From Geothermobacteraceae bacterium (GTDB taxonomy: Bacteria > Desulfobacterota > Desulfuromonadia > Desulfuromonadales > Geothermobacteraceae): a stretch of 38,337 nucleotides of DNA. The number at the start of each line of letters is the position of its first letter. Position 1 is the first letter of the stretch. The stretch covers positions 1-38,337 of the forward strand of contig DATFMT010000215.1 of assembly GCA_035266745.1 (NCBI GenBank), in the 5' to 3' direction. Positions 25,976-35,397 of this stretch are shown here, piece by piece. Under the pieces are notes generated by a model. It saw nothing but the letters and a program-made list of their open reading frames with translations, made no database searches and was not told the DNA's origin. Position numbers and translations under genes: made by a program.

Positions 25976-28015
25976 TTACCTGCAGGTTACATCCGTGGTA
26001 GCTGTGACTGCATCGTTAGTCATCACTCTATTCTCAGTCGCATCAATTGTTGCGGTCCATGTTATCGTCCCTGAACCGGGTTGGATGCATGAGATGTCAG
26101 CATTGAAACCGAAACGATCACCACCTTTGCCTGGCGTTACAGAACTCGTAATGCTGGTTGGCGATACACTTATGTTCACCAGATCCGCAGGCACCTCCCA
26201 CGATAGTGCAACAGTCGCTTCCTGTGCCTTTGTATCAGCTTCAGCAACCGCTGTAAGACCTTTCGTGGCAGTTTGCGTTCCCAGTTTCACACTTTTGGGC
26301 GCTTGAAGCTTATCGACATATACGTCGGCCTCTATCTGCGGCTCGATCGTGGCAGTCGTTGTCGCGGTATCGATCAATCCGTTGTTATCGGTGACTGTCA
26401 GGGAAACCGTGTAGGTTCCTGCCGATGAATAGGTATGGGTCGGGCTCACTCCAGTTTCAGTGGTGCCATCACTGAAATCCCACAGGTAGGAGACAATCGT
26501 ACCGTCAGGGTCATTCGATCCGGAGCCGTCAAACTGGACGGGAGCACCGACTGTGCCGGTGTACGGTCCATTCGGATCTGCGATCGGCGGTTGCGGTTGG
26601 GGAACATCCGCAATCGTGGCCGTCGACGTAGCGGTATCGCTCAGCCCGTCGGTATCGGTAACGGTCAGGGCAACCGTATAGTTTCCTGCGGATCCATAGA
26701 CATGGGATGGGTTCACACCCGCCCCGGTGCCACCATCACCGAAATCCCATTCATAGGCAACAATCGATCCGTCAGGGTCATTCGATCCGGAGCCGTCAAA
26801 CTGGACGGGAGTACCAGCAGTGCCGACGTACGGACCATTCGGATCAGCGACCGGCGGTAACGGTTGAGGAACATCCGCAATCGTAGCCGTCGTAGTCGCA
26901 GTATCGGTCAAACCATCGGTATCGGTAACTGTCAGGGAAACCGTATAGGTCCCTGCGGAACCATAGAAATTGACTGGATTCACACCCGTCGCTGTGTTGC
27001 CATCACCAAAATCCCAATCATAGGCAACAATCGATCCGTCAGGGTCATTCGATCCTGAGCCGTCAAACTGGACGGGAGCACCGACAGTGCCGGTGTACGG
27101 ACCATTCGGGTCTGCGACCGGCGGTTGCGGTTGGGGAACTTCCGCAATCGTGGCCGTCGATGTTGCAGTATCGCTTCCACCGTCGTTATCAGTGACGGTC
27201 AGGGCTACCGTATAGGTTCCTGCGGATCCATAGACATGGGATGGGTTCACACCCGCCCCAGTGCTGCCGTCACCGTAGTCCCATTCGTACGCGACTATCG
27301 TTCCGTCAGTGTCATTGGACCCTGAGCCGTCAAATTGGACCGGAATACCGGCTGTGCCGCTGTATGGTCCATTCGGGTCTGAGACCGGCGGTTGGTTAAC
27401 TGGACAGTCTGGATCGGCCGTATCGTAGAGGCCGTCGCCGTCATTGTCCAAGCCAATAAAATCCCCTGCGGTCCAGTTTTCATTTATCCCCGCTTGCCTG
27501 ACAGGGTTGCAGGGCTCATCGGCGTTGGTGTCGTTCGTCCCGTAGTAGGGAGGAAAAACATGTTCACCGACCGGTGTGTAGTTTGCGGGGTTGGCGTCGC
27601 TATGGCAGAGCGAGCAGCTGGATACTCCTGCATTAGTGTGGTGTTGACGCAGTCCAGCACCGCGGCCGGCAGAGATAGAATCATGGCCTTCGTCTTCGAC
27701 CCGTCCGTGGCAGCCGACACAACCGAGTCCTGGGTTATCCGCAGTGCCGTCGGAGAAACCGATATACGGATTTCTGTTGTCGCTTGAGGTGTGGCACAGG
27801 TTGCACGCCGTGGCCATGGCACTGGAACTTCGGTGCATAGAGTGCTTGTCGCCCGCTGGAAAGGTTGACCCCTTGGTCGACGTGCCGCCGGTAAACGCCC
27901 CGTGACAGTTCTGACAGCCATCGTTGTACCTTGAATAGGCGTGAGTATCTGACGCCCACATTCCAAATGCCACAATGATAAATAAAACATATGGCAACAA
28001 TCGAATTCTTTTCAT
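25976..28015 (-). CDS. Secreted tetraheme c-type cytochrome domain fused to four PKD domains and a C-terminal Ig-like domain
   Basis: 679 aa. N-terminal signal/anchor (LLPYVLFIIVAFGMWA). Four CxxCH motifs (CQNCH, CNLCH, CVGCH, CSLCH) lie within aa 34-138. A DNDGDGLYDTADPDC Ca-binding-like motif follows. Four repeats of about 89 aa carry PKD hallmarks (FDGSGSNDPDGSIVAY-WDFGDG). RBS GGGAGAG is present. Confidence 0.85.
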   Translation of the reverse strand: MKRIRLLPYVLFIIVAFGMWASDTHAYSRYNDGCQNCHGAFTGGTSTKGSTFPAGDKHSMHRSSSAMATACNLCHTSSDNRNPYIGFSDGTADNPGLGCVGCHGRVEDEGHDSISAGRGAGLRQHHTNAGVSSCSLCHSDANPANYTPVGEHVFPPYYGTNDTNADEPCNPVRQAGINENWTAGDFIGLDNDGDGLYDTADPDCPVNQPPVSDPNGPYSGTAGIPVQFDGSGSNDTDGTIVAYEWDYGDGSTGAGVNPSHVYGSAGTYTVALTVTDNDGGSDTATSTATIAEVPQPQPPVADPNGPYTGTVGAPVQFDGSGSNDPDGSIVAYDWDFGDGNTATGVNPVNFYGSAGTYTVSLTVTDTDGLTDTATTTATIADVPQPLPPVADPNGPYVGTAGTPVQFDGSGSNDPDGSIVAYEWDFGDGGTGAGVNPSHVYGSAGNYTVALTVTDTDGLSDTATSTATIADVPQPQPPIADPNGPYTGTVGAPVQFDGSGSNDPDGTIVSYLWDFSDGTTETGVSPTHTYSSAGTYTVSLTVTDNNGLIDTATTTATIEPQIEADVYVDKLQAPKSVKLGTQTATKGLTAVAEADTKAQEATVALSWEVPADLVNISVSPTSITSSVTPGKGGDRFGFNADISCIQPGSGTITWTATIDATENRVMTNDAVTATTDVTCR
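26336..27391 (-). repeat. Four tandem repeats of about 267 bp encoding the PKD domains
   Basis: Protein repeats at aa 209-297, 298-386, 387-475 and 476-560 are near-identical in long stretches (e.g. PPVADPNGPYTGTVGAPVQFDGSGSNDPDG). The same periodicity is visible in the DNA. Confidence 0.85.
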
Positions 28016-29049
28016 CTTACTCTCCCTTTCTTTTTTTTGGTGGAAACAAATTTGCTGGAGATCTCAGCATTGAATGAAGAGGCCGCCAGGATTTTCAACT
28101 GAATGATTGCGAGATTAACTCATGGAACGTTCTTATATTTGAAAATGGTCTCTAGGACCCGCACCTGTTTGCCTCGCTATACAAAAAAGGCCTCGAATGT
28201 TTAAGTCCAGGACAGAAGCCAGCTGATGACCGTAGACAATTCGATCCGAATGTATGTTAAGCGCGCTACTGAATGACGTTCCTTATAAACCAGTCGGTAA
28301 AACCAAAATTATGTGCCGCTGTGTCGATTAACCGAAGTGAGCTTCAGCTACCAGTCTTCCTGGTACCCGTCAGCGTTGAAAGAATAAAAGGCAGTGTTTA
28401 TACCAATCAACGTTAGAAAGAGTTCCGAATTTCAGTATTTCGCCTGAAGGCACTAAAATCGTTTGGAATTTTTTTCTTCTGTCAAACAAGATTCGTGTGA
28501 AAGCCTTGGGAAAATCTGTAGATATGAGCAGTCACGGAACGAATTTAAACGTGGAGAGTTGCGTCAGTTTATAAATGCTGTCTGGTTATTTAACCGCTCC
28601 CTGGGACATTTTTTGTCTTCAAGCGTCTAAAGTCTTTCATATTGTGCCGGTACTAGTTTTAGACGTCCCCAACGTTGTCATTCAGGTTGAGAAATCAAAA
28701 AGGCAGAACCAGCTAACGTCCTAGTAGTCCTGTAAGTGAGAAGTAGAAAATGAGAGTCCCCCAATGCAGAGATTGGGGGTAAGGGACTAATCTCTAATTT
28801 ATAAGGCTCGTAATATTTTCAAAAATGGAATTATCTTAAATGTTTTCCTGTCTTGCTTTAAGGGGTTTTGATTGGCGATAATGCGAAGTTCTTAGAAGTC
28901 CTAACTATTGCGACACAATTTGCTGTCTTGTATAGAACGTCATTGCCCGGAGTCAGCGAATCGACGATCAAAAAAAAACCAATATTCTGCAACAAGAATT
29001 CACGTCAGGTGGTGGAGTTAGGTGCATACCTCGATAATAAATTTATCCC

Positions 29050-29125
29050 GGTCGGTATCCTCCATTCACTGCCGCGGTCATCCCTGGCCGCTTTTCAGTC
29101 ACGGGCAGCGCCCGCTCCGCTTCGA
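29050..29125. repeat. Direct repeat unit of about 75 bp (second copy at 29303-29372)
   Basis: ctccattcactgccgcggtcatccctggccgcttttcagtcacgggcagcgcccgctccgcttcgaa compares with cccctccaatcgctgccgcggccatcctgaccgcttttcagctactggttgcgttcgctccgcttcgaa. Both copies end in the TTCGAA T-loop core. Confidence 0.6.
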
Positions 29126-29309
29126 ATTTCCCAGGAGCCAAAGAGAAAAGCCCTTCCGCTTTCGCAGAAGGGCTTCCGCCAAAATGGCGCCCCCAAGAGC
29201 AATTGAGATGGCCCGGTTGTAACTCAGCCCTTGTGGTTGCTCTGCAACCAAGGGGGATTCGTCCACTGCGTCACCCGCATCACGCGGGATCCTGCGTCGG
29301 TTCCCCTCC
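29119..29309 (-). repeat. tRNA-Glu-derived module B (inverted T-arm piece, orphan terminator, decayed tRNA 3' piece, pseudo-tRNA with TGGTTGC-N3-GCAACCA palindrome)
   Basis: The components are, in order:
- 29119-29139: gcttcgaatttcccaggagcc
- 29150-29173: hairpin gcccttccgc-tttc-gcagaagggc, with a T-run on the minus strand
- 29185-29216: tggcgcccccaagagcaattgagatggcccgg, resembling the tRNA-Glu 3' end
- 29234-29309: homologous to 23470-23545. Confidence 0.55.
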
Positions 29310-29365
29310 AATCGCTGCCGCGGCCATCCTGACCGCTTTTCAGCTACTGGTTGCGTTCGCTCCGC

Positions 29366-29408
29366 TTCGAACCCCCGTCGCCGGCGTGAAAGGCCGGTGT
29401 TCTGGGCC
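29366..29408 (-). pseudogene. Internal fragment of tRNA-Glu (T-loop to D-loop), copy-2 type
   Basis: ttcgaacccccgtcgccggcgtgaaaggccggtgttctgggcc matches 30231-30273 of tRNA-Glu copy 2 with one mismatch. The acceptor stem and the 3' T-stem are missing. Confidence 0.75.
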
Positions 29409-29495
29409 GAAGAAGAAAACTTTGTTCTTTGCATTGCAAATGATTGGCTACAGCAAGTACGAACAACTGCCTATGAGAGATCTACTCCAAAGCCC

Positions 29496-30044
29496 TCATT
29501 CCGAAAAAAAGTACTCACCTACCGGTAAGTCCACCGCTGAATCTGCCTTACCACTTCTGATTGATGAAATTCCAAATCTTCTGATTTTTTCAAAAACACT
29601 ATCATTGTCTTCACCTGCAAAGCCGCCATCCAATAATTGCGACCTTTGACATTCTCTGACCCCCGCACAGGTGAATGGATCAAAAGAAAAAACTCTGGCA
29701 GGGTTAGACACATCAGTATCACTATGGTTAGAATGGTCGCCCTTCTGAGATGAGCCAACTTCTGTTACACCACCTTGAACATGAGTCGCACTGTTCACAC
29801 CTGTTGGAGCGCTACCAATGACATTGTGGTTATGCCCCTGATCCTCTGTTGAATCACTACCGGGAAGAATCTGTTGTGGGTCAGTGGTATCGGGATTGCC
29901 GGGACAAGAGATGTCGGCAGGCCTGAGAGTACTCTGAATTGGTTTAGAAATGTTAGAGCAACCAGCGATTAAAGCAGAAGATGCAATGAGAACTATGACA
30001 AAAAGATTGATAATGTTGAATGTTAATCTCAAGGACTCCCCCAA
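29496..30044 (-). CDS. Hypothetical lipoprotein, low-GC, His/Asp-rich
   Basis: 182 aa. TTG start and lipobox LIAGC after a hydrophobic stretch. His-rich patches (QGHNHN, GDHSNHSD). Composition is unlike the flanking genes. No homology recognised. Confidence 0.45.
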   Translation of the reverse strand: MGESLRLTFNIINLFVIVLIASSALIAGCSNISKPIQSTLRPADISCPGNPDTTDPQQILPGSDSTEDQGHNHNVIGSAPTGVNSATHVQGGVTEVGSSQKGDHSNHSDTDVSNPARVFSFDPFTCAGVRECQRSQLLDGGFAGEDNDSVFEKIRRFGISSIRSGKADSAVDLPVGEYFFSE

Positions 30045-30165
30045 ACGAAAACAAATTTATCTATTGCTACATCGCGGCAAAAAACGAGCGATTAATGAGC
30101 GTCAGAACCAGGCTTAAACTATCCCCTCCAAAAAAGTCATGTCCAAAGCCAACCTAGAACCAACC

Positions 30166-30203
30166 AATAAGAAAACGCCTCCTCTGATTTCTCAGAAGAG
30201 GCG
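30166..30203 (-). terminator. Rho-independent terminator of the tRNA-Lys/tRNA-Glu operon
   Basis: Minus strand reads cgcctcttctga-gaaa-tcagaggaggcg followed by TTTTCTTATT. It starts 8 nt after the tRNA-Glu 3' end. Confidence 0.8.
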
Positions 30204-30211
30204 CTCTCATT

Positions 30212-30289
30212 TGGCGTCCCCAGGGGGATTCGAACCCCCGTCGCCGGCGTGAAAGGCCGGTGTCCTGGGCCAGGCTAGACGATAGGGAC
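30212..30289 (-). tRNA. tRNA-Glu (anticodon UUC), copy 2, CCA encoded
   Basis: Identical to copy 1 except for a swapped base pair in the anticodon stem (CCGGC/GCCGG versus CCGCC/GGCGG). Confidence 0.93.
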
Positions 30290-30342
30290 TTAAAACTTCA
30301 AGCACCCAGCGGGAAATGACCCCGCGAATACTGCCTGTATAA

Positions 30343-30418
30343 TGGTGAGCCGCGAAGGATTCGAACCTTCGACCATCTGATTAAAAGTCAGATGCTCTAC
30401 CAACTGAGCTAGCGGCTC
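30343..30418 (-). tRNA. tRNA-Lys (anticodon UUU), CCA encoded
   Basis: Minus strand reads GAGCCGCTAGCTCAGTTGGTAGAGCATCTGACTTTTAATCAGATGGTCGAAGGTTCGAATCCTTCGCGGCTCACCA. Anticodon loop is CTTTTAA. Confidence 0.93.
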
Positions 30419-30433
30419 GCAAACGAGATGGAA

Positions 30434-30462
30434 TTTATACTTGAACGGGTGGACTAAGTCAA
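30434..30462 (-). promoter_or_regulatory. Sigma70-type promoter of the tRNA-Lys/tRNA-Glu operon
   Basis: Minus strand reads TTGACT, a 17-nt spacer, then TATAAA, about 15 nt before the tRNA-Lys 5' end. An A-rich UP-like tract lies upstream (aaaaaaatccaaaaaa). Confidence 0.55.
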
Positions 30463-30530
30463 CCCTTTTTTGGATTTTTTTGCAGAGGCTGTCGAACCCT
30501 GCGACAGCCGCTGCAAGGCTTGGAAAATCC

Positions 30531-31829
<1,299 letters not shown>

Positions 31830-33137
31830 TTATTTGTCTCCTGCTGGATTCAAGATGAACTCATCGGCAACAATGTCCGCCAGGGTCAGAGTGCGTTCCT
31901 GAGAGTCTGCGACCCGGATCAGACGCAACGGCTGGTCATTTTCACTGATGATCATCAGATAGGTGAATTTCATTTTGCCGGCATAGGCCAGGCTGGTCTC
32001 GAGATCGCGTGGTAGCATGTCGCGTGCTGCCGAATACCCCTTGTTACGCAGCGCCCGGGCGATGCGCTGGGCCGGTTTTTTGTCGGCGCCGGCCTGGAAC
32101 AGCAGGACGTCGACCCGGTTTTCAACCTGGTTCTCGAGTTCGCGGTCGAGGGCGAACAACAGGTTGAGCAGGTTAAAAGTAAATCCGGTTGCCGGGGCCT
32201 GGCGGCCGTAACGGGCGGTCAGGTTGTCGTATCGGCCGCCGGAGCAGACTGCGCGGCCCAACCCGGGTAGGAAGCCCTGGAAGGTGATGCCGGTGTGGTA
32301 ATCGAGGCTGCGGATCTCGGCCAGGTCAAGGGTCAGGTGGTTGGCAACATCGTGAACGTCGAGGACATCGAGGACCTGGTCCAGGTTGTCGAGCGCGGCC
32401 TGGGAGCGGGCGTTGCGGACCGTGTTGGCGGCCTTGTCGAGAATCTCCCGTCCCCCGAACAGGCGCGGCAGGATCTGCAGCTCTTCCTTGCTGCGGTCGC
32501 TGATCGGCAGCGCTTCGAGCAGGCTTTTCAACTCCGAATTGTCCTTGCGCACAATCGCTTCGCGCAGATTCTGCAGGGCGGCAGCCGGCAGGTCGAGTTC
32601 GGCCATGATGCCGTTGAAAAATTCGACCTGGCCGATATCGACGGTAAACTCCCGGGCGCCAATCGCCTGCAGAGACTCGATCGCCATGGTGATCATTTCG
32701 GCGTCGGCCTCGGCGCTCTCCAGTCCGATCAGCTCAACCCCGGCCTGGAAGATCTCGCGGTCCTTACCGGCCTGTTGCTCGGCATGCCGTAGCACCCGGC
32801 CGGAGTAGCAGAGCCGTAGCGGCAGCGGCAGGTCCTGCATCCGGGTCGCGAAAATTCGCGCGATCTGCGGGGTTATGTCGGGTGGGAACGCCACCAGCTT
32901 GCCGCTCTGGCGATCGTCAAAGCGGAAGGTCCGTTCGCGCAGCCCGGCGCCGAGCCCGTTTTCGAGCACGTCGAGATTTTCCAGCGACGGCGTGACCACC
33001 GGCCGGAAACCCCAGTGTTGAAACACTTCGGCCAGCGTCCGGTTGAGGTAGTCGATCTTGACCGCCTTAAGTGGCAAGAAATCCTTGACGCCCTTGGGGA
33101 GCAAAGATTCCTGAGTGGGGATGAATTGATTAAGCAT
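31830..33137 (-). CDS. hisZ: ATP phosphoribosyltransferase regulatory subunit HisZ (HisRS paralogue)
   Basis: Class-II aaRS-like core (LPKGVKDFLP, RLCYSGRVLRH, GGRYDNL). The position upstream of purA is a common hisZ-purA pairing. An alternative start is the ATG at 33185, which overlaps the serA stop (TAATG). Confidence 0.8.
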   Translation of the reverse strand: MLNQFIPTQESLLPKGVKDFLPLKAVKIDYLNRTLAEVFQHWGFRPVVTPSLENLDVLENGLGAGLRERTFRFDDRQSGKLVAFPPDITPQIARIFATRMQDLPLPLRLCYSGRVLRHAEQQAGKDREIFQAGVELIGLESAEADAEMITMAIESLQAIGAREFTVDIGQVEFFNGIMAELDLPAAALQNLREAIVRKDNSELKSLLEALPISDRSKEELQILPRLFGGREILDKAANTVRNARSQAALDNLDQVLDVLDVHDVANHLTLDLAEIRSLDYHTGITFQGFLPGLGRAVCSGGRYDNLTARYGRQAPATGFTFNLLNLLFALDRELENQVENRVDVLLFQAGADKKPAQRIARALRNKGYSAARDMLPRDLETSLAYAGKMKFTYLMIISENDQPLRLIRVADSQERTLTLADIVADEFILNPAGDK

Positions 33138-33184
33138 CTTCGATTTGATCCTGTTGTCAGGCCGTTTATCGGTCCCGAAAGTCA

Positions 33185-34759
33185 TTACAGCAGAACCTGG
33201 GTTGCCGAGAGGATTGATTCATGGTCGCGAATCCTGGCCAGAACGGAATCCGGGATCTGGCTGTCGACATTGATCAGGGTCAGGACCCGGTCTTTGCCTC
33301 GCGACAGGTTCATCTGGGCAATATTGATACCGGCTTCGCCAAGCAGCTGACCGATATGGCCGACCACGCCCGGGCGGTCGTCATTGTACAGCACCAGGAT
33401 ATGTCCTTCCGGAATCGCCTCGACGCACAAGTCGTCAATGCGGATAATTCTGCCGCTGGTGCCGAACATGGCTCCTGCCACCGAGCATGAACCGTCGGTG
33501 CCGGTCAGGGTCAGGCGGATCAGGTTCGAGTAGCCTTCCGATTCCGAACTCTTGGTTTCAACGACGTGCAGGCCCCGTTCCCGGGCCAGATGCGGCGCAT
33601 TGACGTAATTGACAATCGACCCGACCATCGGCGTCAGCAGCCCCTTGAGGACCGCCATGGTGATCGGAGTGGTCGGATGGTCGATCGATACGCCGGCATA
33701 TTCAATCGTCACCTTCTGCAGCCCGCGCGGTCCGGTTTGGGCCAGGAATGCACCGAGTTTTTCCGCCAGGTTGATAGTTGGGCGGATCGCCTTGAGGATA
33801 TCGGCGTTGACGGCTGGCACATTCAGGGCATTGACAACGATGCCGTTGAGCAAAAAGTCGATAATTTGCCGGGCGACCTGAACCGTGACGTTGACCTGGG
33901 CATCCAGCGTCGAGGCGCGCAGGTGCGGGGTGAATACCACCTGGTCTAGCTCCAGCAGCGGGTTGTCGGCGGCCGGCGGCTCCTTGGCGAAAACATCGAT
34001 TGCGGCGCCGGCTACGGTCCCGGCCTTGATGGCCTTGGCCAGCGCCACCTCGTCGATCAGGCCGCCGGTCGCGCAGTTGATGACCCGGCAACTCGGCTTC
34101 AAAAGCGCCAGGGTCTCTTCGTTGAGCAGGTGTTCGGTTTCGGCATTCAGCGGCGTATGCAGGGTGATAAAGTCGGATTGCTTCAGCAGCTCTTCAAACT
34201 CAACCTGTTCGCCACCGAGCTGTCGCACGACCTCGGGGACCAGGTAGGGATCAAACGCCAGGACTTTCATATTCAGTGCCCGGGCCCGTTCGATCACCAG
34301 CCGGCCGATCTTGCCGCAGCCGATGACACCGAGGGTTTTTCCCGAGATCTCAACCCCGAGAAAACGGTCTTTTTCCCACAACCCCTCCTTGATCGAGGCG
34401 TGGGCAGCGGGGATCTGGCGTGCCAGGGCCAGTAACATGGCGATCGTGTGTTCGGCGGTGGTGGTGGTGCTGCCGAATGGGGTGTTCATGACCACGACCC
34501 CCTTGCGGTTGAGCGCCTCCATATCCATGTTCTCGACTCCGATACCGGCCCGTCCGACGACCTTGAGCTGCTTTGCCGTGGCGAGCAGCTCCGCATCGAC
34601 CTGGGTACCGCCACGCACAACCAGCGCATCGGCGTCGGCGATAGCTGCTTTGAGTTCCCGCTCGGAGACACCGGGAAGGTAGCAAAGTTCAATCCCTTGC
34701 GCCTGCTCGAACAGCTGCAGCCCTTCGCGGGAGAAATTATCTGAAATCAGTACTTTCAT
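33185..34759 (-). CDS. serA: D-3-phosphoglycerate dehydrogenase with C-terminal ACT domain
   Basis: ORF trimmed to the ATG at 34759 (MKVLISDNFSREGL...). NAD-binding GVIGCGKIGRLV and a D-2-hydroxyacid dehydrogenase core. C-terminal ACT-like segment (HILVLYNDDRPGVVGHIGQLLGEAGINI). Confidence 0.93.
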   Translation of the reverse strand: MKVLISDNFSREGLQLFEQAQGIELCYLPGVSERELKAAIADADALVVRGGTQVDAELLATAKQLKVVGRAGIGVENMDMEALNRKGVVVMNTPFGSTTTTAEHTIAMLLALARQIPAAHASIKEGLWEKDRFLGVEISGKTLGVIGCGKIGRLVIERARALNMKVLAFDPYLVPEVVRQLGGEQVEFEELLKQSDFITLHTPLNAETEHLLNEETLALLKPSCRVINCATGGLIDEVALAKAIKAGTVAGAAIDVFAKEPPAADNPLLELDQVVFTPHLRASTLDAQVNVTVQVARQIIDFLLNGIVVNALNVPAVNADILKAIRPTINLAEKLGAFLAQTGPRGLQKVTIEYAGVSIDHPTTPITMAVLKGLLTPMVGSIVNYVNAPHLARERGLHVVETKSSESEGYSNLIRLTLTGTDGSCSVAGAMFGTSGRIIRIDDLCVEAIPEGHILVLYNDDRPGVVGHIGQLLGEAGINIAQMNLSRGKDRVLTLINVDSQIPDSVLARIRDHESILSATQVLL

Positions 34760-34913
34760 GGTGGTGGGAAATCCAATAAACTCGGATAAAGTCTTGATTC
34801 TGCGACTAACCAGCCAAACACGGTACGTTAACAATCGCTCGCTACGATTGTCAAGGGGAAAGCCCCTTGCAAAGCGACTGAAAGGCCGTCATCTCCTGTC
34901 GCTGCGGCAGGCA

Positions 34914-34940
34914 TAAAAAAACCCGGCCAGGGGGCCGGGT
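34914..34940 (-). terminator. Rho-independent terminator after the cold-shock gene
   Basis: Minus strand reads cccggcc-ccct-ggccggg followed by TTTTTTT. Confidence 0.85.
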
Positions 34941-34964
34941 TCGTCGCTGGCGGACGGCAGCCCA

Positions 34965-35168
34965 TCAGCCCATGGTGACGTTCTGCGCCTGCAGTCCTTT
35001 GGGCCCTTCGATCAGTTCGTAGCAGACGCTATCCCCTTCATTGAGGGTTTTAAAGCCATCCATCTGGATCGCGGAAAAATGCACGAAAATATCCGGTCCG
35101 TCCTGCTGCTCGATAAATCCAAATCCCTTGGCGTTGTTGAACCACTTCACGGTACCTTTGTGTGCCAT
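34965..35168 (-). CDS. Cold-shock protein, CspA family
   Basis: [34 protein letters not shown] carries the RNP1 (KGFGFI) and RNP2 (VFVHF-like) motifs. ATG at 35168 is preceded by AGGAGG. A leader region of about 170 nt lies upstream. Confidence 0.93.
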   Translation of the reverse strand: MAHKGTVKWFNNAKGFGFIEQQDGPDIFVHFSAIQMDGFKTLNEGDSVCYELIEGPKGLQAQNVTMG

Positions 35169-35340
35169 CACTGCTCTCCTCCTGTTGCGGGTGTCATCAG
35201 CTCCCAGCGGGGACTATTGTAGGGTGGCCATCTCATGACCTGGATGGCCTGGCCTGGAATGCAAGGGTCCGGCATTCCGTTCAACGTGAGTACTCTATCG
35301 TGGGATGGCAGTTTTTCAACAGGGTTGGTTAGAAAATTAC

Positions 35341-35378
35341 AATAAAAAGGGGACAGCACTCCCTGCGAGGCTGTCCCC
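35341..35378 (-). terminator. Rho-independent terminator after the small zinc-ribbon ORF
   Basis: Minus strand reads ggggacagc-(12-nt loop)-gctgtcccc followed by TTTTTTATT. Confidence 0.85.
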
Positions 35379-35397
35379 TGACGGTTTAGGCAAAGGG

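Noticed and set aside
26336-27391. Regularly spaced repeats that could suggest a CRISPR array or satellite.
   Set aside because: The period is about 267 bp with no short repeat/spacer alternation. The whole array is in frame inside one ORF and encodes PKD domains.
28868-29649. ORFs 28868..29206 (+, 112 aa), 29203..29649 (+, 148 aa) and 29099..29434 (-, 111 aa).
   Set aside because: They run through the tRNA-derived repeats and terminator hairpins, start at non-ATG codons, lack an RBS and have no recognisable domains. They are most likely non-coding.
23912-30211. Calling the tRNA-Glu-bounded segment an active integrative element or prophage.
   Set aside because: No integrase, excisionase, transposase or phage genes are visible in any frame at 60 aa or more. 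Only the repeat architecture and composition support an island origin, so it is reported as a finding and not as a mobile_element feature.
30466-30530. Hairpin gcagaggctgtcg...cgacagccgctgc between purA and tRNA-Lys as a purA terminator.
   Set aside because: On the minus strand (the purA sense) the stem is followed by an A-run, not a U-run. The A/T tracts fit better as the UP element of the tRNA promoter. Terminator status is unsupported.
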